64,000 nucleotides of DNA, from positions 24,211 to 88,210 of the forward strand of contig JBILKR010000006.1 of assembly GCA_044376575.1 (NCBI GenBank). Direction: 5' to 3'. This stretch comes from Flavobacteriales bacterium (GTDB lineage: Bacteria; Bacteroidota; Bacteroidia; CAIKAF01). Position 1 is the stretch's first letter. Each line of letters begins with the position of its first letter. The notes below the pieces were generated by a model that was not told where the DNA came from, did no database searches, and worked only from the letters and a program-made list of their open reading frames with translations. The translations under genes were made by a program, and so were the position numbers. Below are positions 39,874 through 50,792 of this stretch, piece after piece.

Positions 39874-41358
39874 TTAATAATGACATTTTGAACATTCAAG
39901 ACCACCAATTTTTTCAACGGTAAATGCCTGACCTTTTTTCATTTCATATTCACCGTAGTGCTCTTTGTAATAATTGTGCAGTCTTTCATAGTATCCGTTA
40001 TCTGCATACTGAACTTCTGTTTCTCTGTGGCAATTGATACACCATCCCATCGTTAATGGAGAATACTGATAAACTTTTTCCATTTCTCCAAGTTCACCAT
40101 GACAAGTAGCACATTCTACCTTACCCACAACAACGTGCTGCTGGTGGCTAAAGAATGCATGATCTGGAAGATTATGGATTTGCACCCACTCAACAGGTTT
40201 TTGAATTTGTTTTTCTACTTCATCAAATGCACCTTCTGAATCGCGTAACCATTCAGCGAAAACTTTTTTCACTTCTTCCTTATCCATTGACTGATAATTT
40301 TGGAAGTATTCTTTTTTCACCGGGTTCCATCCGATGGCTGCATAAATTTTAGAAATTTCTTTCTTACCATAATTAGGCCCTACTTCAACTGCTTTATGAC
40401 AGTTCATGCAAACATTGGAAGAAGGGATGCTCGCATGCTTACTTTTTTCAGCAGTGCTATGGCAATATGTACATTCAATTTTATTTTGACCAACATGCAG
40501 TTTATGAGAGAAAGCAATAGGCTGATCCGGCATATATCCAGTAACATTCCCTTCATCATCTTTAAATCCACCATATACTCCAATATCATTCAGCGCCTGA
40601 AATCCTTTCATAGAAAGCCATGAAATCAACACAAGAATAATTACAAAAGAAATTTTCTTGTGTGTCACCATCCACGATCCGATTTTGTTCAGGAATGACA
40701 CATGTTCTTCTTCAGGCTGAACTATTCCTTCTTTCTCATTGGCGACTTTTTCCATGGCTTTTGAAACACTGCGAAGTGCAGAGCTCAGTACCAGTAAAAC
40801 AAAAGCAATACCAATTAAAATAAAAGTTAACTGCGTATCTGAAAAGCCACCACCTTCAGATGAACCGTCGGCGCCACCAGAAGCATTAGCCGTAGAATCT
40901 GCAGTGGGTTTATCTTCCACTGGATTATCAATATACGCCAATAAGTCTGTTAAATCCTGTTCTGATAAATTAGTGAATGCCGGCATTTGCTGACCGCCAT
41001 ATTCTTTATACAAATCGTTGGCATATTTATCACCTGTTTTTAAAAAATCAGAAGAATTAATGATCCACGCTTTTAAGTTTGCTTCATCCGGCCAGCGATC
41101 GCGCACCCCTGCAAGACCAGGCCCAATCATTTTCTGGTCCGTTACATTATGGCAACGGGCACAATTCGTTTTGAAAAGCGTCTTTCCCTTCACCGCATCA
41201 CCTTGTGCATACAGCTGATTGAATAGAGAAAGAGTGAAAACAAGGACAAATGTCATTGCTTTCAACGAAGATTTTTTAAGATACTTAGCTTTCGTCATAA
41301 TCGCTTTAATTAAGCTCCGCAAAGAAATATAATTGTTAACTAATGTCAAATTTTTCAA
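39874..41358 (-). CDS. actA: Alternative complex III subunit ActA (multiheme c-type cytochrome).
   Basis: Six CxxCH motifs (CARCH, CTYCH, CMNCH, CATCH, CINCH, CSKCH) and an N-terminal TM anchor. Confidence 0.85.
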   Translation of the reverse strand: MKNLTLVNNYISLRSLIKAIMTKAKYLKKSSLKAMTFVLVFTLSLFNQLYAQGDAVKGKTLFKTNCARCHNVTDQKMIGPGLAGVRDRWPDEANLKAWIINSSDFLKTGDKYANDLYKEYGGQQMPAFTNLSEQDLTDLLAYIDNPVEDKPTADSTANASGGADGSSEGGGFSDTQLTFILIGIAFVLLVLSSALRSVSKAMEKVANEKEGIVQPEEEHVSFLNKIGSWMVTHKKISFVIILVLISWLSMKGFQALNDIGVYGGFKDDEGNVTGYMPDQPIAFSHKLHVGQNKIECTYCHSTAEKSKHASIPSSNVCMNCHKAVEVGPNYGKKEISKIYAAIGWNPVKKEYFQNYQSMDKEEVKKVFAEWLRDSEGAFDEVEKQIQKPVEWVQIHNLPDHAFFSHQQHVVVGKVECATCHGELGEMEKVYQYSPLTMGWCINCHRETEVQYADNGYYERLHNYYKEHYGEYEMKKGQAFTVEKIGGLECSKCHY

Positions 41359-41553
41359 GAGGCAAATTTACATTTTTCACTGATTTAACCGCCTTATGAG
41401 TCATAATTTTATCACCACATCGTTATTTAAAACAATTCTAAATAAGGGCTCGGGCTTGATTTATTTTTAATGTAAAGAATATCAAAATGTTTTGTTTTCA
41501 AATTTGTATAACCGGACCTCCTGACTATTTTTGCTCAACGATAATTTATAAAC

Positions 41554-43674
41554 ATGAAAAAATACACACTGTTACTTCTAATTAAAATTTCATTTATCGC
41601 AAATTCGTTTGCAGATGAAGGAATGTGGCTGCCCTATTATATCAATAAATTAATGGGCAACATGCAGCAGTATGGCTGCAAATTAACGGCCGATCAAATT
41701 TACAATGCCAATCAATCTTCCATGAAAGACGCCATCGTTCATTTTGGAGGATTTTGTACAGGTGAGATTGTAAGTAATCAGGGATTGGTATTTACCAACC
41801 ATCACTGCGGTTACGATGCCATCTCCACATTAAGCACGGCTGAGGCGAACCATTTGGATAACGGATTTTGGGCTACAGATTTTGCGGCAGAGATTCCAGC
41901 TCCAGGGTTAACTGCTTCTATGCTTGTATATATGAGTGATGTAACTGAGCGTATGGCTAACGCCACTGATAAAGCAGCTGAAATTAAAAAAATAAAAGAA
42001 GAAGCAACTGCAGGTAATCACTATAAAGCTGATGTAAAATCATTTTTCTATGGGAATGAATATTACCTGTTGGTATATGAAGTGTTTAAAGACATTCGTC
42101 TTGTCGGAACTCCACCGCAAAACATTGGAAAATTTGGAGGCGACACCGACAACTGGATGTGGCCAAGACATACCGGCGATTTCAGCATATTCAGAATTTA
42201 TGCATCTGCCGATAACAAACCAGCTGAATACAGTGTAAATAATGTTCCATATAAGCCGAAACATTTTATTCCGCTGAACTTAAAAGGAATTAAAGAAAAT
42301 GATTTTGCCATGATTATGGGATTCCCGGGCAGAACAACCCGTTATTTAACCAATGCAGGAGTGAAAAATGTTGCATATAACAGATATCCTATTTTATCGC
42401 AAGTACTAAAAGAAAAGCTTCAGCAATGGTGGAGTGAAATGTCTAAAGATGTAAATGTTCGTTTAACATTATCGGGCGATTATGCCTCATTAGCAAATAG
42501 TCAAAAATATTTTGACGGAGTAATGAACGCATTAAAATCATCTCCATGTCTGAATAATAAAACCGAGCTTGAAACTGATTTTATTGCATGGGTAAATTCA
42601 AGCGAAGAAAAAAAGAAACAATATGGATCTGTGATTTCAGATTTACAAAAATTATATGATGATAATAAAACCATGACGGGACTTAGCCAGTATATGCGTG
42701 TGGCATACAACGGCGTAAAATTTGCAGAAATGGGAAGTGCGCTTACTGAGTTAAAAACACTTTTGTCAGCAAAAGAAATAGATATGACAAAACTTGCTGA
42801 AGCAAAGAAAAATATAAAAGAGAATTCACGCGAATATTTCAAATACTTCATTAAACCTGTAGAACAAAAAGTATTTGCAAGCATGCTTCGAATTGTTCAT
42901 AAAAATCTTGAAGAAAAATATTGGGTGAGTAATTTAAGAAGTAAAGAATTTTCAAAAATGAAAGGCGATTCTTTCCAGAGCTATGCGGCTTATGTATTGA
43001 ATTCTTCGATGCTTGCTGACTCTGTAAAATTCTTCAAGTTTCTTGAAAAACCATCATTGGCTGGATTACAAAAAGATCCCGGAGCTGCATACGTATTAGA
43101 TGTTGTAAAAATGATGAGTGAATTATCTGCTACTTTCAGGGGGATAAATGAAAAAGAAGAACAACTCATGAAGGTATATGTAAAAGGATTAAGAGAATTT
43201 AAAGGTGATAAATTCTTTTATCCGGATGCAAATTCAACACTGCGCATTACCTATGGTCAGGTGAAACCATATAGTCCGAAAGATGGTATTAAATACAACT
43301 GGTACACGACACATAAAGGGATCTTAGAAAAGGAGAAACCAGGTGATCCTGAATTTGATGTTCCTTCATCATTCAGTCAGGCATTAAAAAAGGGATCATT
43401 TGGTAAATATGCAGATGCCAGTGGAGATCTTCCTGTTGCATTTATCTGTAATCTAGATATTACCGGCGGAAACTCCGGTAGTCCTGTAATTGACGGCAAC
43501 GGTTCATTGATTGGAATCGCTTTTGATGGTGTATGGGAAGGAATGGTTGGTGATTTATACTGGGAACCATCTCAGAACAGAACCATTGCTGTTGATATCA
43601 GATATGTAATGTATGTTGTTGAACAAATGTCAGGTTCAGACAGAATTTACAATGAGGTAAAAACAAATTTGTAA
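41554..43674 (+). CDS. S46-family dipeptidyl-peptidase (DPP7/DPP11-type).
   Basis: The N-terminal DEGMWLP motif follows a signal peptide. Catalytic triad context HHCGYD ... GGNSGSPV. Length 706 aa. Confidence 0.85.
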   Translation: MKKYTLLLLIKISFIANSFADEGMWLPYYINKLMGNMQQYGCKLTADQIYNANQSSMKDAIVHFGGFCTGEIVSNQGLVFTNHHCGYDAISTLSTAEANHLDNGFWATDFAAEIPAPGLTASMLVYMSDVTERMANATDKAAEIKKIKEEATAGNHYKADVKSFFYGNEYYLLVYEVFKDIRLVGTPPQNIGKFGGDTDNWMWPRHTGDFSIFRIYASADNKPAEYSVNNVPYKPKHFIPLNLKGIKENDFAMIMGFPGRTTRYLTNAGVKNVAYNRYPILSQVLKEKLQQWWSEMSKDVNVRLTLSGDYASLANSQKYFDGVMNALKSSPCLNNKTELETDFIAWVNSSEEKKKQYGSVISDLQKLYDDNKTMTGLSQYMRVAYNGVKFAEMGSALTELKTLLSAKEIDMTKLAEAKKNIKENSREYFKYFIKPVEQKVFASMLRIVHKNLEEKYWVSNLRSKEFSKMKGDSFQSYAAYVLNSSMLADSVKFFKFLEKPSLAGLQKDPGAAYVLDVVKMMSELSATFRGINEKEEQLMKVYVKGLREFKGDKFFYPDANSTLRITYGQVKPYSPKDGIKYNWYTTHKGILEKEKPGDPEFDVPSSFSQALKKGSFGKYADASGDLPVAFICNLDITGGNSGSPVIDGNGSLIGIAFDGVWEGMVGDLYWEPSQNRTIAVDIRYVMYVVEQMSGSDRIYNEVKTNL

Positions 43675-43690
43675 CAAATTATTTTGATAT

Positions 43691-43723
43691 AAAAAAGGGA
43701 TTGAAATTTCAATCCCTTTTTTA
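43691..43723. terminator. Bidirectional rho-independent terminator between convergent genes.
   Basis: AAAAAA-GGGATTGAAATTTCAATCCC-TTTTTT. Confidence 0.75.
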
Positions 43724-43734
43724 TTGTAGTTGCG

Positions 43735-44682
43735 TTATTTTAGCTCCTTAAAATACTTTATAACCTTTGATAGTCCATCTCTGAAAGTGGTTCTTTCTCT
43801 TTTCAACAACGTCTGCATTTTAGAAATATCCGGAAGTCGCCTTGTCATATCTCCTTCAGGTAAAGGCGGAAGATGAATGATGTTTGAAGACGATCCTGTA
43901 ATTTCAATAATTTCTTTTGCTAACTGCAAAATGGTTATTTCATCATTACCTCCAATATTCACAACATCATTAATACATGATTCCGATACAAGTGTTTCAT
44001 AACATGCATCTATATTGTCATTGATAAAACAAAAAGTTCTGGTTTGACTTCCATCTCCGTATATGGTAATATCTTCTCCTTTTAAAGCCATATTGATAAA
44101 CTTGGACACAACGAAGTCCGGGCTTTGCTTAGGACCATAGGTATTAAAAAATCTGAAAATTGTATAGTCAAGAGCATATTCCTGCTGATAAGATTTCAGA
44201 AATGATTCTCCTACATTTTTTACAACGGCATAGGGTAATCTTGAATTTAGTGGTGTTGTTTTTTCATTTTGAGGGAACTCCACAGGTTCTCCATACACTT
44301 CTGAAGAAGATGAAAAGAAAACTCTTTTAACACCGGTATTTTTAGATAATGAAAGTATATTTTCAATTCCTTTAATATCTTCTAATACACTCACAGGATG
44401 GCTTAGTGTTCTTAGTACACCAACCAGGGCCGCATAATGAAAAACATAATCAAACCTGTATGCATAAAACACACCTGAAATTTCTTCAAATCTATTAACG
44501 TCACACTTTATAAAATGACTGTTAGAATATTTTTTGGGGTTGGGTAAATGATTAATATCTCCTGTCCTAAAATTATCAACGATTACAACTTCATGGGAAG
44601 AATCCGACAATAATTTCTCTGCCATGGAACTCCCGATAAATCCGGCTCCGCCGGTGACTAAAATTCTCTTTTTCTCACTCAT
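43735..44682 (-). CDS. NAD-dependent epimerase/dehydratase (SDR family; UDP-sugar 4-epimerase/decarboxylase-like).
   Basis: Rossmann motif VTGGAGFIGS and a YxxxK active-site region. Length 315 aa. Confidence 0.8.
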   Translation of the reverse strand: MSEKKRILVTGGAGFIGSSMAEKLLSDSSHEVVIVDNFRTGDINHLPNPKKYSNSHFIKCDVNRFEEISGVFYAYRFDYVFHYAALVGVLRTLSHPVSVLEDIKGIENILSLSKNTGVKRVFFSSSSEVYGEPVEFPQNEKTTPLNSRLPYAVVKNVGESFLKSYQQEYALDYTIFRFFNTYGPKQSPDFVVSKFINMALKGEDITIYGDGSQTRTFCFINDNIDACYETLVSESCINDVVNIGGNDEITILQLAKEIIEITGSSSNIIHLPPLPEGDMTRRLPDISKMQTLLKRERTTFRDGLSKVIKYFKELK

Positions 44683-44684
44683 TT

Positions 44685-45551
44685 TTATAACTCTGTGATT
44701 TTCATTAGGTATTGACCGTAACCACTTTTTAGTAATGGTTTTGCAAGATGATGCAATTGCTCTTTATCAATAAATTTCATCTGATAAGCAATCTCTTCAA
44801 TACATCCGATTTTTAAACCCTGACGTTCTTCAATTACCTGTACAAACTGACTTGCCTGCATCAGCGACTGGAAAGTCCCTGTATCCAGCCATGCAGTTCC
44901 GCGATCAAGCACATGAACTCGTAAGGAATTATTATTTAAATAAATTTTATTGATATCTGTAATTTCATATTCACCGCGGGCGCTTGGCTTTAGTTTTTTA
45001 GCAAATTCAACCACTGAATTATTATAAAAATAAAGTCCAGGAACTGCGAAGTTAGATTTTGGCTGAACCGGTTTTTCTTCGATCGAAACTGCTATGTTTT
45101 CATCATTAAATTCAACTACACCATATCTCTCTGGATCTGATACGTGATATGCGAAAATCTCCCCCCCTTCAGGATTACCAATCAATTGTAGCTGTTTTGC
45201 AAGCCCGGTACCATAGAAAATATTATCACCCAAAATCAACGAAACAGCATCGTTTCCTATAAACTCTTCTCCCAATACAAAGGCCTGTGCCAAACCATTC
45301 GGCTCATGCTGAATTTTATAAGAAAACTTCATCCCTAACGGCTCGCCGGTACCAAGCAAGCGCTGAAAAAAAGGCAAGTCGTGCGGGGTAGAAATAATCA
45401 TAATCTCTCTGATGCCTGCCATCATTAATGTAGAAAGTGGGTAATAAATCATTGGTTTATCATAAATAGGCATCAACTGTTTACTGATGGCCATAGTTAT
45501 GGGATAAAGTCTTGTACCTGATCCGCCGGCAAGAATAATACCTTTCATCAC
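44685..45551 (-). CDS. rfbA: Glucose-1-phosphate thymidylyltransferase.
   Basis: [18 protein letters not shown]...SKQL is the canonical RmlA N-terminus. Length 288 aa. Confidence 0.9.
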   Translation of the reverse strand: MMKGIILAGGSGTRLYPITMAISKQLMPIYDKPMIYYPLSTLMMAGIREIMIISTPHDLPFFQRLLGTGEPLGMKFSYKIQHEPNGLAQAFVLGEEFIGNDAVSLILGDNIFYGTGLAKQLQLIGNPEGGEIFAYHVSDPERYGVVEFNDENIAVSIEEKPVQPKSNFAVPGLYFYNNSVVEFAKKLKPSARGEYEITDINKIYLNNNSLRVHVLDRGTAWLDTGTFQSLMQASQFVQVIEERQGLKIGCIEEIAYQMKFIDKEQLHHLAKPLLKSGYGQYLMKITEL

Positions 45552-45559
45552 ATTATTAA

Positions 45560-47902
45560 TTATAAATTATCTTCTTCAATTTCTTCTAATTCCTTCGCTG
45601 TTATTTTCTTTTTATTTAAAGAAAGAACCAGTGACGGCAGCATAAACAGGTTGGTAAACATTGCCAATAACAAGGTTATGGAAACCAATATACCCAATGC
45701 TACTGTTCCTCCAAAATCGGAAGCTATAAATATAGAGAAACCAAAAAATAAAATAATAGAAGTGTAGGTCATGCTTAAACCTGTTTCCTGAACAGATGTC
45801 TCAATTGCTTTTTTAACATCTCCCTGCCATCGTTTTAATTCCTGGCGATATTTTGCAAGAAAGTGGATGGTATCATCAACAGAAATTCCAAATGCAACAC
45901 TAAAAATAATACTGGTGGATGCTTTCAACGGAATACCCATGTATCCCATAATACCAGCAGTAAAAAGCAATGGGAGCATATTGGGCAACATCGAAATCAG
46001 AACCATTTTAAATGACCTGAACATAAAACCCATAATCACGGCAATAAGAAAGATGGCCAGTAATAAACTTGAAATCAGATTTTTTACCAGGTAGTCTGTA
46101 CCTTTCATAATCATAATACTTGCGCCGGTATAAATTACATCCACATCCATGTCTGTAAAAACCTGATTAGTAATTTCTTCGACACGCTTTGTAACCGATT
46201 TCATTTCGTAAGTTCCCATGTCCATCATCTGCGCCCTAATTCTGATGTAACGCTGATTTGAATCAACATAAGAATACATTAATGAATCGCCTTTAGATAC
46301 CCCCGAGGTATATTTTGCTATCCGGCCCATATCCATTTCATTCGGGATACGATATTCTTCGGCATCTCCATTATAGTAAACCTGATTGGCATATTTTACA
46401 AGATCAATTGCTGATACTGGTCTTGAAAAAATCTCCATCGCTTGCAATGAGTCCTGCAGTTCGTTCACTCTTTTCCAAAGTTTTGTTTTTAGAAACGAAG
46501 CTCCTTTTTCTTTTTTAGAGTCAATTAATATTTCAAAAGGCATTACTCCATTAAACTCTTTTTCAAAAAAAGAAAGGTCTGTAAATGCTTTCGAATTCTT
46601 TGGAACATCATCTGCAACCCTCCCCGATGTTTTGATTTTTAAAATTCCAAACACTGCAAAAATGAGGAGCACAAAAGCAACGGCATACACTTTTACACGA
46701 TGTGTCTTGACAATATTCTCGATAAAGTTTAAAAACAATCCTGATCTTTTCCCTTTCAAATGCCGGGTTTGTCTTATCCCTGGAGGTGGCAGATAACTTA
46801 AGAGGATAGGAATTAAAATTATTGAAAGAATAAATAAAGAAATAATATTGATAAACGATACGGTTCCAAACTCAACCATTGTTTTGCTGTTGGTTATAAT
46901 CATCGTACCAAAGCCAACTGCAGTGGTTAGGTTGGTCAGGAAAATCGCTTTCCCTGTTTTTTCAATCACCTTATGTAAGGCGCGGATTCTGTTTCCCACT
47001 TTTAAAAATTCAACCTGATAGCGTGTAATCATGTAAACGGCATTCGGAATACCAATAACAATTAACAGCGGGGGTAGTAATCCTGTAAGAATGGTGATTT
47101 TGTATCCGAGAAGCGCCATGGTTCCTGATGACCAGACAATACAAATAGCAACATTGATAAGCGCAACCAGCAACACCGAAAGTGAGCGAAAAAAAAGAAA
47201 CATCACTATCGAAGTTATAGCCGCAGCCAGTATTACAAATATTGTAATTTCTTTAGACGCCCTAACAATTGAATCAGTTCGCAAAAAAGGTAATCCCGAT
47301 ACACGAACATTCAATCCACTTTTATTCTCAAATTCAGCAACTGTTTGTTTAAAATTTTCAATAACAGCAACACGTTCTTTGGAATGAACAACTTTCTTAT
47401 TTAAGCCGGCAAGCATGATGTATGTGCCTGTTTGTGCATTCCATAAAACACCATCATAAAACTTTAAGACTGCAACTTTATTTTCGATTCCACTTACAAT
47501 TGAATCATTGATAAAATTACTATTCACCAGTTTATTCATTTCAAACCTGGATGAGTCTTCATTTTTTGAAAGCGTCATTGCAGATGAGGGAGATAAAACC
47601 CATTCAATATGCTCAAGGGATTTAACTTTCTGTTCAAGTTCAACCCACCTGTTGAGATGAGAAGATGTAAAAAAAGCGGAATCCTGAACAGCGAGAACAA
47701 GCACATTAGCCTCTTCCCCAAAGATTTTTCTGAAATACTGATAATCCGAATAAGTTTTATCTGTTCGAGGTAAAATTTCAGCCATCTGATAGCTCATCTC
47801 CACTTTGCGCGACTGAATACCCATAAAAATGGTAACAAGGGCTATCAGGATTAATCCCAATACCCTGTATCTAAAAATCAACGTAGAGAATTTATGCCAC
47901 AT
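45560..47902 (-). CDS. MMPL/RND-superfamily exporter (12 TM with two periplasmic loops).
   Basis: 780 aa with two 6-TM bundles, each preceded by a large soluble loop. This is the MMPL-like topology. Confidence 0.7.
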   Translation of the reverse strand: MWHKFSTLIFRYRVLGLILIALVTIFMGIQSRKVEMSYQMAEILPRTDKTYSDYQYFRKIFGEEANVLVLAVQDSAFFTSSHLNRWVELEQKVKSLEHIEWVLSPSSAMTLSKNEDSSRFEMNKLVNSNFINDSIVSGIENKVAVLKFYDGVLWNAQTGTYIMLAGLNKKVVHSKERVAVIENFKQTVAEFENKSGLNVRVSGLPFLRTDSIVRASKEITIFVILAAAITSIVMFLFFRSLSVLLVALINVAICIVWSSGTMALLGYKITILTGLLPPLLIVIGIPNAVYMITRYQVEFLKVGNRIRALHKVIEKTGKAIFLTNLTTAVGFGTMIITNSKTMVEFGTVSFINIISLFILSIILIPILLSYLPPPGIRQTRHLKGKRSGLFLNFIENIVKTHRVKVYAVAFVLLIFAVFGILKIKTSGRVADDVPKNSKAFTDLSFFEKEFNGVMPFEILIDSKKEKGASFLKTKLWKRVNELQDSLQAMEIFSRPVSAIDLVKYANQVYYNGDAEEYRIPNEMDMGRIAKYTSGVSKGDSLMYSYVDSNQRYIRIRAQMMDMGTYEMKSVTKRVEEITNQVFTDMDVDVIYTGASIMIMKGTDYLVKNLISSLLLAIFLIAVIMGFMFRSFKMVLISMLPNMLPLLFTAGIMGYMGIPLKASTSIIFSVAFGISVDDTIHFLAKYRQELKRWQGDVKKAIETSVQETGLSMTYTSIILFFGFSIFIASDFGGTVALGILVSITLLLAMFTNLFMLPSLVLSLNKKKITAKELEEIEEDNL

Positions 47903-48031
47903 GACTCACTTGATGCACGAATGTAGCGACAATAGTTAAGAAGTCCAAAGCAACTTTTTATTACATCAGCAATTACGAAACTGAAGTAATCTGAAAAGGT
48001 TTTACAATAAGTTTTTACCTTAGCGTTCTGC

Positions 48032-49261
48032 ATGAAAAGATATTTCACATTATTCATAGCCAGCCGTTATCTTTTTTCTAAGAAATCAAGAAATATCATT
48101 AATGTGATAACCGGTATTTCAATGGCTACCATTATGGTGGTTAGCGCAGCATTGATTATACTATTATCTGCATTTAATGGGCTTGAACAAACGGTAAAAG
48201 ATTTATTCAATGCATTTGATCCAAGCCTTCAGGTTACAGCAACACAAGGAAAAACCATTGCTGTTTCAGAACAACAACTGAATAAAATAAAATCGCTGAA
48301 AGGAATTGAACATTATTCTCGTATAATCGAAGAACATGTGCTTGCCATTTATGATAACAAGCAACAGATTATTTTATTAAAAGGAGTTGATGATGCATAC
48401 TTTGATCTGGTAAAGATGGATGATATTTTGATTGCTGGGAATACAAAGCTTTTGCATCAGGTTCCGGACAAGGTTATATTGGGAGAAGGACTTGCATCGT
48501 CAATGGGAATCAACATCATGGATTTTTCAATTCCATTAGAAGTTTATTATCCTAAAAAAGGGAAAATAAATATTAATAGTCCGTTTAATGAATCTGTTTT
48601 AATACCGCAAAGCGTTTTCTCCATCAATCACGAATACAACCAGATTCTTGCGATAACTTCATTAGAATGGGCCGCTGAACTTATGGGTATTGAAGAAAAT
48701 GAATACAGTAGCTTAGAAATAGATATTGATGATGATGCAGATATTGATTTTATTAAAACTGAATTGAAAAATATTTTAGGAAATCAGGTCGTCATTAAAG
48801 ATCGGTATGAACAACATCAACTGATGTACAGAATTATGCGTTCAGAAAAATTAGCAGTGTTTTTAATTATCAGTTTTGTATTGATTATCGCCAGTTTTAA
48901 TATCATTGGTGCGTTGTCAATGTTGTTGGTTGAAAAGAAAAAAGACATGATGGTGATGTGGAGCATGGGAAGTTCTTTTGAAAAACTAAAGCGTATTTTT
49001 ATTTTGGAAGGCACGCTTGTTTCGTTTATCGGAGGATGTATTGGAATACTTCTTGGAACTATTTTATCATTATTACAAATGTCTTTGGGTTGGATTAAAC
49101 TTGGAAATTTTGAAGGTGCCCAACCCTATCCTATTCTGTTTGTGTGGACTGATTTTATACTTGTCTTTTTCACTGTAATATTTATTGGCTTTACAGCTTC
49201 GTGGATCAGAATGAAGAGTTTTTTACTTGATACTGCTGAAAATAGATCATTGATCAAGTAA
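48032..49261 (+). CDS. FtsX-like ABC transporter permease (LolE/MacB-type).
   Basis: N-terminal TM, large periplasmic domain, and 3 C-terminal TM helices with an FtsX-like pattern. Length 409 aa. Confidence 0.7.
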   Translation: MKRYFTLFIASRYLFSKKSRNIINVITGISMATIMVVSAALIILLSAFNGLEQTVKDLFNAFDPSLQVTATQGKTIAVSEQQLNKIKSLKGIEHYSRIIEEHVLAIYDNKQQIILLKGVDDAYFDLVKMDDILIAGNTKLLHQVPDKVILGEGLASSMGINIMDFSIPLEVYYPKKGKININSPFNESVLIPQSVFSINHEYNQILAITSLEWAAELMGIEENEYSSLEIDIDDDADIDFIKTELKNILGNQVVIKDRYEQHQLMYRIMRSEKLAVFLIISFVLIIASFNIIGALSMLLVEKKKDMMVMWSMGSSFEKLKRIFILEGTLVSFIGGCIGILLGTILSLLQMSLGWIKLGNFEGAQPYPILFVWTDFILVFFTVIFIGFTASWIRMKSFLLDTAENRSLIK

Positions 49262-50242
49262 TGCAGTAGAATAATGCTCAGCAATTGAATCAAGAATTCG
49301 ATACAGTTGATCGGGGTCATTGTTCGTTACCAATTGCATTCTGAATTCTTTAAAATTAGTAAGACCTTTAAAATAATTTGAATAATGAGGTCTCATTTCA
49401 AAAATTCCTTCAACTGTTCCTTTCCACTCAATACTTTTTTCAAGGTGTTCACGAACAGCTTCAACTCGTTGTTCAATGGATGGAGATGGCAATATTTCAC
49501 CTGTATTGAAATAATGTTTGATCTGATTAAAAATCCAAGGGTTTCCAATAGCAGCTCTTCCTATCATGATACCATCAACTCCAAACCGCTGACGATATTG
49601 AAGAGCCTTTTGCGGTGAATCTATATCACCGTTCCCAAATATAGGAATATGGATATTTGACTTTAGTTTTACCTCACGGATAAGATCCCAATTGGCTTCG
49701 CCTTTATACATTTGTGCTCTTGTTCGTCCGTGTATGGTAAGTGCTTTGATTCCAACGTCCTGTAGGCGCTCTGCTACTTCAAGAATATTAATAGAATGAT
49801 CATCCCAGCCAAGTCGCGTTTTCACCGTTACCGGCAAATGGGTAGCATTTACTACTGCTTTGGTAAGCCTTACCATCAAGTCAATATCTTTCAGTACTCC
49901 TGCACCTGCGCCTTTACATACAACTTTTTTTACCGGGCATCCAAAATTAATATCGACCAAGTCAGGCTGAACTGCATCTACAATCTTTGTGCATAAAGAC
50001 ATGGCTTCTTCATCACCGCCAAAAATCTGAATGCCTATCGGACGTTCATAATTAAAAATATCAAGTTTTCGTTTGCTTTTAATGGCATCACGAATCAATC
50101 CTTCGCTTGAAATAAATTCTGTGTACATCAAATCAGCACCATGTTTTTTGCAAAGTGCACGAAACGGCGGATCGCTCACATCTTCCATAGGAGCCAGAAG
50201 AATGGGAAACTCACTTAGTTCTATGTTCCCGATTTTTACCAT
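49247..50242 (-). CDS. dusB: tRNA-dihydrouridine synthase.
   Basis: LAPMEDVSDPPFR and the catalytic Cys context FGCP. Length 331 aa. Confidence 0.85.
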   Translation of the reverse strand: MVKIGNIELSEFPILLAPMEDVSDPPFRALCKKHGADLMYTEFISSEGLIRDAIKSKRKLDIFNYERPIGIQIFGGDEEAMSLCTKIVDAVQPDLVDINFGCPVKKVVCKGAGAGVLKDIDLMVRLTKAVVNATHLPVTVKTRLGWDDHSINILEVAERLQDVGIKALTIHGRTRAQMYKGEANWDLIREVKLKSNIHIPIFGNGDIDSPQKALQYRQRFGVDGIMIGRAAIGNPWIFNQIKHYFNTGEILPSPSIEQRVEAVREHLEKSIEWKGTVEGIFEMRPHYSNYFKGLTNFKEFRMQLVTNNDPDQLYRILDSIAEHYSTALLDQ

Positions 50243-50244
50243 AT

Positions 50245-50283
50245 TTCATACAAAAATACAAAAGACGATCACAGGGATCGTCT
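50245..50283 (-). terminator. Rho-independent terminator downstream of the exbBD operon (minus strand).
   Basis: Hairpin GACGATC-CCTGT-GATCGTC, followed on the minus strand by TTTTGTATTTTTG. Confidence 0.65.
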
Positions 50284-50309
50284 TTTGTAAAAAATATATA
50301 TCCGGGATA

Positions 50310-50783
50310 TTAATCCAGGATAGCTGCCTTACGAGCGGAGTAATTAATTTTTAAAGCTTTTGCTTCTCTTAATTCTTCTTTCACGTCGGTAACAATTCCC
50401 ATTTTTACTTCTTTGTCCACTTTTAAAGAAACAGTTCTTTTTGATCTTTCAAATTCAGCCGTTTCTTCAATTTCCTGTAATACCCATGGACCAATTTCTT
50501 TTGGTTTGGCAAAAGCATCATCAAGCTGAAGTAATGGCTGATCACCATATTGAGCTTGATAACGGTTCAATGGTTTTCCGATATAAACGTTACTAATCAA
50601 AGACTTGTTTTCAAGTTTTGTTGCTTGGGTAGCATCCGGTTTTCTAACTAAAACCTTTAATGTTACTTCTTTCATTTTCGTGGTTACCATGAAGAAAAAC
50701 AACAACATGAAAACGATATCAGGAAGTGACGCTGTAGATATGGCCGGAACACCGGCTGCTTTTTTCTTTTTAAACCTTGACAT
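50310..50783 (-). CDS. exbD: Biopolymer transport protein ExbD/TolR.
   Basis: LPDIVFMLLFFFMV TM motif near the N-terminus. Length 157 aa. Confidence 0.8.
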   Translation of the reverse strand: MSRFKKKKAAGVPAISTASLPDIVFMLLFFFMVTTKMKEVTLKVLVRKPDATQATKLENKSLISNVYIGKPLNRYQAQYGDQPLLQLDDAFAKPKEIGPWVLQEIEETAEFERSKRTVSLKVDKEVKMGIVTDVKEELREAKALKINYSARKAAILD

Positions 50784-50792
50784 AAAGTTATT

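Noticed and set aside
41359-41553. 195-nt divergent intergenic region between actA and the S46 peptidase as a possible ncRNA or riboswitch.
   Set aside because: It is AT-rich with no recognisable conserved riboswitch cores or stable stem-loops. It is more likely a pair of divergent promoters.
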